Assembly: GCA_964627245.1 (NCBI GenBank)
Contig: CAZVGS010000002.1
Coordinates: 26,923 to 90,922, forward strand
DNA: 64,000 nucleotides
Reading direction: 5' to 3'
Source: an uncultured Gammaproteobacteria bacterium
GTDB taxonomy: Bacteria; Patescibacteriota; Microgenomatia; Levybacterales; GWA1-39-11
Under the pieces are notes generated by a model that did no database searches, was not told where the DNA came from, and was given only the letters and a program-made list of their open reading frames with translations. This document shows positions 18,424 through 27,979 of the stretch, one piece after another; within the stretch, counting starts at the first letter, position 1, and each line of letters begins with the position of its first letter. The position numbers were made by a program, and so were the translations under genes.

Positions 18424-20184
18424 ATGTGCGGAATATTCGGATTCGTATCAAGAATACCAAAAAATACCTCAACAATACTTGATGGACTTAAGGAACTCGA
18501 ATACCGCGGATATGACTCCTGGGGCGTTAGCGTAAAAGTTGGAACAAAAATTGAAGTGAATAAGCATACTGGCAAAATAGGAGATGCCAAGGTCAAACTC
18601 CCAAAAAGTAATTTAGGGATAGGACACACCAGATGGGCCACACATGGCGGTGTTACAACAAAAAATTCCCATCCTCATTTAGACTGTACAAAATCTATAT
18701 CCGTAGTTCATAATGGTATTGTTGAGAATTATCAAGATTTAAAGAAAAAACTCATAAAAAAAGGCCACAAATTTATTTCCGAAACTGACACAGAAGTTAT
18801 AGCTCATCTAATTGAGGACTATCTAAAAATTAATGGATTTGCGACTTCTGTTAAAAAAGCTTTTAACAGTCTCCGAGGTCTTAATGCAATTGTTGTTCTG
18901 AACGCAGTGTCTAAAGAAATAGTCGCTGCCAAGAATGGCTCTCCTCTTATAGTCGGAATCGAAAAGAATGGATATGTGGTAGCTTCAGATCTGTCACCCA
19001 TCCTTCAAACAACACAAAAAATTGTAATTTTAAAAGATTATGAAATGGCAATAATCGGAGATTCACTAAAACTTTTCACTCTGCCGTCAGGTAAAAGTAT
19101 TAAACCGGCAGTAGAAACAATTGATTGGAATATCGAAACAAGCACAAAAGGAAAGTTTGACCATTTCATGCTCAAAGAAATAAATGAACAATCAGCGGTT
19201 ATAAAAAACATTACCAACAACTGTTCCGAACAAATAGTTCAACTCTCAGGTCTTATCAAAAACGCGCGGGGTACTTTTTTTATTGCAGCAGGTACTGCAT
19301 ATAATGCAACATTGGGTGGTGTTTACCTTTTCTCAAGGGTAGCACGTAGGCATGTAAATACTGCTCTAGCTTCAGAGTTTAATTACCTTCTTGATTTTTT
19401 GACTCCCCAAAGTCTTATTATAGCCCTTTCTCAAAGCGGAGAAACAATTGATGTTATAGAACCTCTTAATGCGGCTAGGGGAAAAAGTGTATTTATTGCA
19501 AGCATTATCAATACTCTTGGTTCAACTCTATATAGAATGTCAGATTTCAAACTTCTGCTTGGCGCAGGACCCGAAAAAGCAGTTGCATCAACGAAAGCTT
19601 ATACTGCAAAGCTTACCGTATTGTTATTAACTGCATACAAACTCACAAATAAGCTTTCAGTTATTGAACCTTTAATTCTTAATGCTACAGACGAAATGAA
19701 AAAAATGACCGAAAAGAAATTTACTGAAAAGATAAAAAAAATTGCCAATACACTTTCAAAAAAAAGTCACATCTATACTCTTGGGAGAGGTGCCTCCTAC
19801 CCCACCGCTCTTGAAGCAGCGCTTAAGATTAAGGAAGTCAGCTATATCCCAACCGAGGGATTAGCGGGCGGGGAGCTTAAACACGGTACCATTGCGCTTA
19901 TCGAAAAAGAGGTACCGGTTATCATTTTTGCACCAAATGATGAAACATATGAAGCTATGATTTCAAATGCAACCGAAATAAAAGCAAGAGGCGGGATGAT
20001 AATAGGAGTAAGTTTTAAGAACTCTGAAATTTTTGATGAATATATTGAGGTAAAAGACTATGGTGATGCAACATTGCTTTTGCAAATAGTTCCAATGCAG
20101 CTTCTTGCTTATTTTTTAGCGATCAAATTAAAACTGGACCCTGATAAACCGAGGAATTTGGCAAAATCAGTCACTGTAAAGTAA
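18424..20184 (+). CDS. glmS: glutamine--fructose-6-phosphate aminotransferase
   Basis: N-terminal MCGIFG (Cys2 nucleophile), GATase-2 domain, two SIS domains, 586 aa. Confidence 0.9.
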   Translation: MCGIFGFVSRIPKNTSTILDGLKELEYRGYDSWGVSVKVGTKIEVNKHTGKIGDAKVKLPKSNLGIGHTRWATHGGVTTKNSHPHLDCTKSISVVHNGIVENYQDLKKKLIKKGHKFISETDTEVIAHLIEDYLKINGFATSVKKAFNSLRGLNAIVVLNAVSKEIVAAKNGSPLIVGIEKNGYVVASDLSPILQTTQKIVILKDYEMAIIGDSLKLFTLPSGKSIKPAVETIDWNIETSTKGKFDHFMLKEINEQSAVIKNITNNCSEQIVQLSGLIKNARGTFFIAAGTAYNATLGGVYLFSRVARRHVNTALASEFNYLLDFLTPQSLIIALSQSGETIDVIEPLNAARGKSVFIASIINTLGSTLYRMSDFKLLLGAGPEKAVASTKAYTAKLTVLLLTAYKLTNKLSVIEPLILNATDEMKKMTEKKFTEKIKKIANTLSKKSHIYTLGRGASYPTALEAALKIKEVSYIPTEGLAGGELKHGTIALIEKEVPVIIFAPNDETYEAMISNATEIKARGGMIIGVSFKNSEIFDEYIEVKDYGDATLLLQIVPMQLLAYFLAIKLKLDPDKPRNLAKSVTVK

Positions 20185-20190
20185 TTATTG

Positions 20191-20478
20191 CTAGACAAGA
20201 AAAGGATTTGTACCTGATGTCAACCTATCCTGACTTTTCCTTTCAAGAATAAGAACTTGCTGGCCTGTTTGAGGAGCTATTTCATGCCATATCTGCATTG
20301 CTTCATCAAATGTTTCGCCTTCGTACATAACAATTAAGTGTGAAGCGTAACGCTCGTTAATATCCCAAGCCGTAACCAAACCTATACTAAATCCGTTATT
20401 TTTACAACTCATTATATCCTGGACGGTCCTGGTTTGGGGTAGTTCGTCTTGGTGCTCCAATCTTACTTCTACCGACAT
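20191..20478 (-). CDS. hypothetical protein
   Basis: 95-aa ORF downstream of valS on the same strand. No motif recognised. Confidence 0.35.
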   Translation of the reverse strand: MSVEVRLEHQDELPQTRTVQDIMSCKNNGFSIGLVTAWDINERYASHLIVMYEGETFDEAMQIWHEIAPQTGQQVLILERKSQDRLTSGTNPFLV

Positions 20479-20514
20479 GAATTCCTAACTCTATTATAAA
20501 CCCTGCACGCAACC

Positions 20515-22644
20515 TTAGGATTTTCTCTGCAACGGCCAAGGAGCAATCATCAAGCTATCGTTAGAATCGGTAAGCTTTTTATAAATCTCATCAGTAACAT
20601 ATGGCATTATTGGATGCAGTAAGGAATCTAGAATTAAGAATAATGAATTAAGAACTACGAAACTGTTTTCATCAATTCTTCCTTTTACATCCTCAATATA
20701 TTTATCGGCAAACTCGTGCCAAACAAAATCATACAACCTTTCTGATGCTAAATTGAATTGATAATTATCCAAATGCTTTGATACCTCTGAGACCAACTCT
20801 GAGACCTTCTCAACCCACTCCCTATCGGTTTTATTTTTTGCAAAACTCTCCAATTCTTTGATTCCCAAACTTTTTTCTTTTTGCTCTTTAATTTTTTCTT
20901 TTTGTAGTTCTATAAATCTTGCCATATTCCATAATTTATTTGTAAATCTCCTTGCGGCTTCCAATTTTGTATAAGAAAGGCTCTGATCGTTTCCCGTAGA
21001 ATTACCATAAACCAATGCAAAGCGCACTGCATCAGCACCATACTGCTCGACCAACTCCAATGGATTTACAACATTTCCTTTTGACTTACTCATCTTTTTT
21101 CCAAGCGGATCATTTACAAGACCATGTAACACGACATTTTCGAATGGAACCCTGCCGGTTGCGTAAATACCCATCATCACCATTCTGGCAACCCACCATC
21201 TTAAAATGTCATATCCTGTTTCCATAACAGATGTCGGATAGAATGATTCAAAATCTGCTTCATTTGTTGTTTTAAGAGTTGCAAAAGGCCATTGACTTGA
21301 GGAGAACCACGTATCAAATGTGTCAGGGTCTTGAACCAACTCTTTTGAATCACAATTCGAACATTTTTCAGGACTTAAACCCGTAGTTACCGTCCAGTTC
21401 GAGCATTTTTCACAACTAAATGCAGGTATGCGAATTCCCCATACAACCTGTCTTGAGATATTCCAGTCACGGATATTTTCTAAAAACTGGAAATACACTT
21501 TTTCAAAGCTACTTGGAAAAATCTTGATATCTCCATTCTTAACCGCATAAATTGCTGGCTTTGCAAGCGGTTCCATTTTCAGAAACCACTGCTCTTTAGG
21601 AAGCGGTTCTAAAATATTTTTACATTTATAACAAAGAGAAACTCTATTCTGGTACTCCTCGTCAATTTTCTCAAGGAGCCCTTTTTCCTGCATCCGCTCA
21701 ACTATTGCGCGTCTTGCCTGCTTCACATAAAGTCCAGCAAACTCCCCAGCATGCTCATTCATTTTTCCGTCAAATCCGATAACTTGCTTTAGGGGAAGCC
21801 CGTGTCTTTTTGCAACCTCGAAATCATTGAAATCATGAGCAGGTGTTATTTTTACAACTCCGGTTCCAAATTCCATATCAACCATTTCATCAGCAACAAC
21901 TTTTATCGTTGCTTTTCCAAGTACTGTTTCAATTTCTAAATCTTTTCCAATGTATTCTTTGTATCGGTGATCATTCGGGTTAACAGCAACTGCAGTGTCT
22001 CCGAATTTTGTCTCAGGACGTGTCGTTGCCAAAACCAACGTCCCGTATTTTATATAATACAAAGGACTTTTTCTTTCTTCATGTATAACCTCCAAATCTG
22101 AAAAGGAGGTTCCGTCAAATGTACAATAGTTAACCAATCTCTCTGCTCTGTAAGCCAATCCATCATCGAAAAGTCTCTTGAAATTAGCATGAACAATTTC
22201 AACAATTTCAGGATCTATGGTCATTTTCTTCCGAGACCAGTCAAGAGAAAATCCCATTTTTCGCAACTGCCCCTCCATAATCGGCCTATTGCCCTTCACA
22301 AACTCCAGAATCATCTCATACAGCTCATCGCGCTTAAAATCAAACCTGGTCTTTCCTTCCGCTGCTAGCTTTTTCTCAAAAACAAATTGGGTTTCAAAAC
22401 CAGCATGATCCGCTCCTGGTAGCCAAAGAGTCCTATCTCCTTTCATGCGGTGGTAGCGGGCCAGAATGTCTTCAACCACATACATTGCATGCCCAAAATG
22501 AAGAGGCGCATTTGCATTCGGAGGAGGCAAAATAATTGAAAATGGCTTACCGTTTGGATTTACTTCAGGCTTGAAATACCCCTTCTCTTCCCACTCTTTA
22601 TAGAGATCCTCTTCTACATTTTTATGTTCATAGACTTTGTCCAT
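20515..22644 (-). CDS. valS: valyl-tRNA synthetase (short form)
   Basis: Class I aaRS. PPPNANAPLHFGHA (HIGH region in a ValRS-type context) and KMSKS. 709 aa. Confidence 0.7.
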   Translation of the reverse strand: MDKVYEHKNVEEDLYKEWEEKGYFKPEVNPNGKPFSIILPPPNANAPLHFGHAMYVVEDILARYHRMKGDRTLWLPGADHAGFETQFVFEKKLAAEGKTRFDFKRDELYEMILEFVKGNRPIMEGQLRKMGFSLDWSRKKMTIDPEIVEIVHANFKRLFDDGLAYRAERLVNYCTFDGTSFSDLEVIHEERKSPLYYIKYGTLVLATTRPETKFGDTAVAVNPNDHRYKEYIGKDLEIETVLGKATIKVVADEMVDMEFGTGVVKITPAHDFNDFEVAKRHGLPLKQVIGFDGKMNEHAGEFAGLYVKQARRAIVERMQEKGLLEKIDEEYQNRVSLCYKCKNILEPLPKEQWFLKMEPLAKPAIYAVKNGDIKIFPSSFEKVYFQFLENIRDWNISRQVVWGIRIPAFSCEKCSNWTVTTGLSPEKCSNCDSKELVQDPDTFDTWFSSSQWPFATLKTTNEADFESFYPTSVMETGYDILRWWVARMVMMGIYATGRVPFENVVLHGLVNDPLGKKMSKSKGNVVNPLELVEQYGADAVRFALVYGNSTGNDQSLSYTKLEAARRFTNKLWNMARFIELQKEKIKEQKEKSLGIKELESFAKNKTDREWVEKVSELVSEVSKHLDNYQFNLASERLYDFVWHEFADKYIEDVKGRIDENSFVVLNSLFLILDSLLHPIMPYVTDEIYKKLTDSNDSLMIAPWPLQRKS

Positions 22645-22755
22645 TGAGCATTGATTGTATCATGAGCCTCATTTGAGTTCAATTATATTGAACTATTATG
22701 ACACGTTGCACCGCTTTCTCAATTTTGTTACATTAAATAAAGAAGTTATTTTTAG

Positions 22756-23409
22756 ATGTCACAAGCTGAACTACCCTCATCAGTTTTGTTAGAATATAAG
22801 CCTTCTTCTCATGGAATAGGAACTCTCAAAATGTCGGCTGGAAATAAACCTGAAGTTATTGAATTGAAAACAAATAAAAGCAGGGCAGATACTAAAACTA
22901 CCAGAGTGCTTCACGTTAGAAAAAAACAAAATAACGAAAATCCTATAACAACAATAGCAATCACACCAGGAGAACGCCATGATCAATTTGTTATAAAGGA
23001 CAATGGAACTAACATTGCGCGCGTTGCACAAATTAACAATACTCATCTTTTATTTGGATTTGCTAACTTGGGAAATCGCGGTGGAAAAATATCGGGAAAG
23101 TTTGGATTTAATGGAGAAAGAATAGAAACCGAATCAAACCACTCGCAATTGCCTCTTGGTTTTTATGAAGACATCGCACCAGAACCCTGCCCAATAACAC
23201 CGCTTACCCCAGAACAAGCAGTCTGGCTTCCCGAACTGCCCGTATCACTTTCAACAGCCGACATAAATCAACTTAAAAAAACTATCGAACTGGCAAGTCA
23301 ATCAAAACCAATTCCGTATGAAGAAGCATTACGGCTGGCCCAGGTTTTTCACACTCTCTCACCAGCTACTGAATGTTTTGTGCAGGAGAGTTTGATCTTA
23401 GCCATTTAA
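22756..23409 (+). CDS. hypothetical protein
   Basis: 217-aa ORF with no motif recognised. Confidence 0.45.
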   Translation: MSQAELPSSVLLEYKPSSHGIGTLKMSAGNKPEVIELKTNKSRADTKTTRVLHVRKKQNNENPITTIAITPGERHDQFVIKDNGTNIARVAQINNTHLLFGFANLGNRGGKISGKFGFNGERIETESNHSQLPLGFYEDIAPEPCPITPLTPEQAVWLPELPVSLSTADINQLKKTIELASQSKPIPYEEALRLAQVFHTLSPATECFVQESLILAI

Positions 23410-23452
23410 GGCTTTTCTTGTAGAATTTCTTTTTCAACTATATACTTTCCTT

Positions 23453-24715
23453 ATGCAGCGTTTTTCAGGGCTTGAGCTTCGAAAAATTTCCATAAATACC
23501 CTAATGCAATTTATTGTAAGACTTGTCGGGAGCATTTCTACTCTGCTTACTACTCTTTTGATAACCTACTTTTTAGGCCTTGATGCGGTTGGAAGTTTTA
23601 CGAAGGTAATTGCGTTTGTTAGCATATTTTATCTCCTAATAGATTTTGGCCTGAATTCAATAGTAATAAAACACTTTTACAAAACAGTTGAGGAGCAGCT
23701 CGGCAATCTTATTGTGCTGCGTCTTTTGATTACCGCTATCCTTCTACCGGTAATACTCGTCTTTTCCTTTTTGCTACCGCATAATGAGATCGCCGGCACC
23801 GGCTTTTCAGACGTTGAAAAAGGTGCAATATTGATCTATTCATTAACCCTGATTGCCCTTGCAATAAACAACACTCTTCAAGCGTTTTTGCAAAGAAAAT
23901 TAAATTATTCTCTGCTTGTTCTCCCAAGCTTGGCATCAAATGCAATTTTAATCGCTGTTGTTTTGTATGCCGTTTTTGTTGGTAACTTTTATCTTCTTGT
24001 GAGTGCTTATATTTTTTCCGGTACCCTAATGGCAATACTCTCCTATTTTCAAATTAAGAGTAAATTCAAAACCAAGTTAAAGCTCTCTAAATTTAGTTCA
24101 TTCTCAAAGCTTATACTTCTTTCTTCGTGGCCTCTTGGAGTAATGCTATTTATCAACTTACTCTATTCCCGAGCGGATATATTTATCCTGACATTTTTGA
24201 AATCCTCTTCTGATGTCGGCACTTATGGAATTTCTTACAGATTTTTTGAAATAGCACTTGCACTTCCAGCCTTTCTTGCAAACAGCACGTATCCGCTTTT
24301 GTTAAGAGCCTCCGAAAATAAAAAAGAATATTTGTCACTTTTTTTGAAATACCTGAAACTTTATATTTTACTTTCGATAGCTACTATGCTTTTAGTTTTG
24401 ATCTTTTCTCCACTTATAAAAACCTTAGGCATTCAATTCATTCACTCTATTCTGCCGTTACAGATTTTGGCAATCTCATTACCCTTCTTTTTTGGGACAA
24501 GTCTTTTGCAGTGGCACTTTTTGATAAAAGGCAAACTGACTTTTTTGCTTCCCCTTTATGCGTTTGCATTCTTAGTAAGCATTTTGCTTAATATTAAATT
24601 TATTCCAGATTTCTCATACATCGCCTCCGCATCTATTACTGTCTTCTCAGAAGCCCTGGTTTTTATTTTGATGCTGTGGTATTTTTATAAAAGTAAAAAA
24701 ACGCTAAGTAGTTAG
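23453..24715 (+). CDS. polysaccharide/lipid-linked oligosaccharide flippase (Wzx/MurJ-like MOP family)
   Basis: About 12 to 14 predicted TM helices. Size and composition typical of MOP flippases. Confidence 0.5.
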   Translation: MQRFSGLELRKISINTLMQFIVRLVGSISTLLTTLLITYFLGLDAVGSFTKVIAFVSIFYLLIDFGLNSIVIKHFYKTVEEQLGNLIVLRLLITAILLPVILVFSFLLPHNEIAGTGFSDVEKGAILIYSLTLIALAINNTLQAFLQRKLNYSLLVLPSLASNAILIAVVLYAVFVGNFYLLVSAYIFSGTLMAILSYFQIKSKFKTKLKLSKFSSFSKLILLSSWPLGVMLFINLLYSRADIFILTFLKSSSDVGTYGISYRFFEIALALPAFLANSTYPLLLRASENKKEYLSLFLKYLKLYILLSIATMLLVLIFSPLIKTLGIQFIHSILPLQILAISLPFFFGTSLLQWHFLIKGKLTFLLPLYAFAFLVSILLNIKFIPDFSYIASASITVFSEALVFILMLWYFYKSKKTLSS

Positions 24716-24804
24716 TTGAATTATCACAAGGGTTTTGAAAGTTAAACTGGCTTGAATTGACAATGTTTACTACTACAAGCATCGAAAAAAACTACAATCA
24801 TTAA

Positions 24805-25227
24805 ATGAAAAAGACTCTAAAATTGACTGTTCATGGAGATGGCGGATCGAGGGGAAACCCGGGCGAAGCAGCTTATGGCTTTGCTATCTTCGATGAAGAT
24901 AAAAACCTTGTTTACAAGGAAGGCAAGAGGCTTGGAATAGCAACAAATAATGTTGCTGAATACTCTGCTGTTGTGGAGTCCCTTAAATGGATTGCAAGAA
25001 ATGCCGGGGAAGTGAATACCATTGAGTTTTACCTTGACTCGATGCTTGTAGCTAGCCAAATGTCTGGCGAGTTCAAGGTTAAACACCCATCCATGAGAAA
25101 GCTTTATCTTGAAGCCAAGGGCATTGAAAAAAACATAGGTGCAAAAGTAGAATATTTCCAGGTTCCCAGAGCACAAAACAAAATTGCCGACAAGCTGGTT
25201 AATGAAGCTTTAGACTATCTCATCTAA
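24805..25227 (+). CDS. rnhA: ribonuclease HI
   Basis: DEDD pattern (HGDGGSRGNPG, AEY, LDSML, NKIADKLVNEA), 140 aa. Confidence 0.7.
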   Translation: MKKTLKLTVHGDGGSRGNPGEAAYGFAIFDEDKNLVYKEGKRLGIATNNVAEYSAVVESLKWIARNAGEVNTIEFYLDSMLVASQMSGEFKVKHPSMRKLYLEAKGIEKNIGAKVEYFQVPRAQNKIADKLVNEALDYLI

Positions 25228-25285
25228 ATTCTTCAGCCTCAAACGATCTCGACAAATCATCCTCATTTCTACTACAATTAAGGGA

Positions 25286-27961
25286 ATGCCAAATATTTTA
25301 AGTATTGAAAAAGGAGAGAAACTGCTTCCTGTAATGTTGATCTTCGGATATGCACCTAACTTACGTGAAGAATTAGTGAAGCTAAATTCTAATAAATTTC
25401 GAATAATAATAGTCGGCACTAGAAAGCCCGGCTTTCTCGAAGAATACCCCGAGGTTTACTTTTTAACCTACAAAAATGCCAGAGTTCTATCAAAGCTTGA
25501 AGAAAAAGTGGACTACGCAATACTTTTTCTTTCCGACACCGATAGTGTAAAAAACATTGCACTTTTTACTGAAAAAGTAAGTAAGGATGGGTCTCAAACC
25601 TTGGCCGTTTTAGAACCAGCCTCCCTCTCTCAGGACCTTGACAACCTACAACTTGTGAAAAGTGTTTCGAATTTACGAGTGTGCGCTATTGGTGAAATAT
25701 TAACACCAAAAAGAAGACGTGAGTCTGATCTTTCGAAAATTATTGAGAATGCGATTTTAAACCAGGAAATAAAACTTTCTGAGAATACAAGTGATGAGGT
25801 TTTTTGTATAACTTTGGATGATGCCGCGACGGCGATCCAAAGACTTTTGTTTGGAAATTTTAGAAAGGATGTTTTTTACTACCTTTTCTACAGACATCCC
25901 GAAACTATTTTGGAAGCAACTCATCTGATTGCAAAAGCGGAGCCGGAAACTAAAATACTTTTTTCAGACGGAATTTCGGCAAAAGAAAAAAATGGAAGAG
26001 AAAACTTCCAAAAAATTATTCAGGAAAAAATCGGTATGGATGTTTCATACATTGACTCACTCGCCGGCTTTGAAAAAGAGATTGAACGTTTTTTTTCAGA
26101 GAAGAATAATTTTGAAGAAGCGGTAATCCAAAGAGGCAAAAGAAAAAAGAAAAGAGGAACAAACAACCCCGCTTATAAAGCTGTTAGACTTTCAGTAATA
26201 ATTTTTACTGCCGGTGCTTTTCTTTTTGTCTTTCTTAATTTTCTTTTCTTGGGACTTGGAATGCTTTATCTGAAACAATCAATTTCAAGTATCCAAAACG
26301 GAAAATTTGCCGAAGCAGCAGTAAGCGCTAAAAGATCAAACTTTTTCTTAACTGCTATTAAGCCAACTATCGAACTTACCTTTGACGCCATCTCATCAAT
26401 TGATAAGCAGGGTCAGACACAACAGACATACCGTCTGCTGAGAAAAGCAGGTGAACTCTCAGAGATAGGAGGAAGTACAATTTCAAACATCTTAAAATCA
26501 ACTTCAATTTCAGAATCACAATTATTATCTTCCATTGCAAACTTTACTTTTATCTACCAGGAAGGGGAGAGGATAAACTCAAAAACTCAAAATGCCTCTT
26601 TGTCTAAGGAACTTAAGATGACATATTCAAATTTCCTAAGTCTTTCGCAAGTTTTGCCTTTTGCCTTGGGCTTTGAAGGTGACAAAAATTACCTGATCCT
26701 TTTTCAAAACAATGAAGAATTAAGACCGACGGGAGGCTTCATCGGCTCGGTGGGGGATCTTACCATCAAGGAAGGTAAGGTCATGGAGTTTAAGATATTT
26801 GATGTTTATGATCTTGACGGTCAGCTCAAGAATCACGTTGAGCCCCCTTTTGCAGTAAGAAGATATCTTCAGCCTCATTTATATTTAAGAGACAGCAACT
26901 TTGGCCTAGACTTTCAGGAAACTGCGAGCAAATCGGCATTCATCTACAATCTTGAGACAGGCAAGGAACCTGTCGCTGTTATTGCAGTTAATCTCAATGT
27001 TCTAAAAGAAATTCTTAAAATTTCGGGCCCAATAAATATTCCGTCATATAACGTCACTGTAGACAATAATACAGTTTCCCAGTTTTTACAAAGTACTATT
27101 AAAGAGAACTTCTTTCCGGGATCGACTCAGAAGAAGGATGTCCTAAACAGCGTTTTTTCAAAACTTCTAGAAAAAGTCGAGCAGGACCCAAAATTTAACG
27201 TTTCACTCGCAAAGATTTTGCCCGAACTCTTGGAGAAGAAAGATATACTTGTCGCTTTTAGCGATAATTCCATTCAAAAAGTTTTTTCTGCTAACGGATA
27301 TGCGGGCTCCTACAATGACACAAGAATAATAAATAACAAGCAGATAAACGATTATTTGTATATAAATGAAGCAAATATCGGAGTTAATAAAGTTAATTCC
27401 TTAGTCTCAAGAACTATTCTTTACAGAGCTACAGTCGGGCAGGATAGCTTAGTAAGTGAAGCGACCTTGGTATTAACGAATGCCTCAAAGGCGGATGACT
27501 ATGTTTCATATCTGACATTTGTTTTGCCCGGGGGAAGTACTGTTAAAAAGATATTCATTGATGGAGCAGAGCAACCGTTATCAGCTGCCGTAACAGACCC
27601 TCAGATTTTTGACCTGGATAATTTTGTAGCACCTACTGGATTTGAAGTAGAGCAGTACTCAAAAGACGGACTTACTCATGTTTCATTTAAAGCAACAGCA
27701 GTAAAAAATAAAAAAACAGAAATAAAAATCCAGTACGAAAATGGCGCTGAAAAAAATCTTTCTAATATTTCAAAATACTCACTGCTTCTAATGAAGCAGC
27801 CGGGAATTGAACCCTTTAGTTTTCTGACTTCATTTGAGTATCCTGAAGGTTATTCACCGGTAGGGATTAGTGCGGACTCGTACGGAACCAACTTCCTGGA
27901 AAAGGGCTATACTATCAGTGATGACCTCCTTGAAGAATTTGAACTTCAAAAAAAACTATAA
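25286..27961 (+). CDS. DUF4012-like large membrane-anchored protein
   Basis: 891 aa with a TM near aa 300 and the conserved RPTGGFIGS segment, recalled as characteristic of DUF4012 proteins in cell-envelope gene clusters. Confidence 0.5.
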   Translation: MPNILSIEKGEKLLPVMLIFGYAPNLREELVKLNSNKFRIIIVGTRKPGFLEEYPEVYFLTYKNARVLSKLEEKVDYAILFLSDTDSVKNIALFTEKVSKDGSQTLAVLEPASLSQDLDNLQLVKSVSNLRVCAIGEILTPKRRRESDLSKIIENAILNQEIKLSENTSDEVFCITLDDAATAIQRLLFGNFRKDVFYYLFYRHPETILEATHLIAKAEPETKILFSDGISAKEKNGRENFQKIIQEKIGMDVSYIDSLAGFEKEIERFFSEKNNFEEAVIQRGKRKKKRGTNNPAYKAVRLSVIIFTAGAFLFVFLNFLFLGLGMLYLKQSISSIQNGKFAEAAVSAKRSNFFLTAIKPTIELTFDAISSIDKQGQTQQTYRLLRKAGELSEIGGSTISNILKSTSISESQLLSSIANFTFIYQEGERINSKTQNASLSKELKMTYSNFLSLSQVLPFALGFEGDKNYLILFQNNEELRPTGGFIGSVGDLTIKEGKVMEFKIFDVYDLDGQLKNHVEPPFAVRRYLQPHLYLRDSNFGLDFQETASKSAFIYNLETGKEPVAVIAVNLNVLKEILKISGPINIPSYNVTVDNNTVSQFLQSTIKENFFPGSTQKKDVLNSVFSKLLEKVEQDPKFNVSLAKILPELLEKKDILVAFSDNSIQKVFSANGYAGSYNDTRIINNKQINDYLYINEANIGVNKVNSLVSRTILYRATVGQDSLVSEATLVLTNASKADDYVSYLTFVLPGGSTVKKIFIDGAEQPLSAAVTDPQIFDLDNFVAPTGFEVEQYSKDGLTHVSFKATAVKNKKTEIKIQYENGAEKNLSNISKYSLLLMKQPGIEPFSFLTSFEYPEGYSPVGISADSYGTNFLEKGYTISDDLLEEFELQKKL

Positions 27962-27979
27962 GAAAAGTATAATACAATA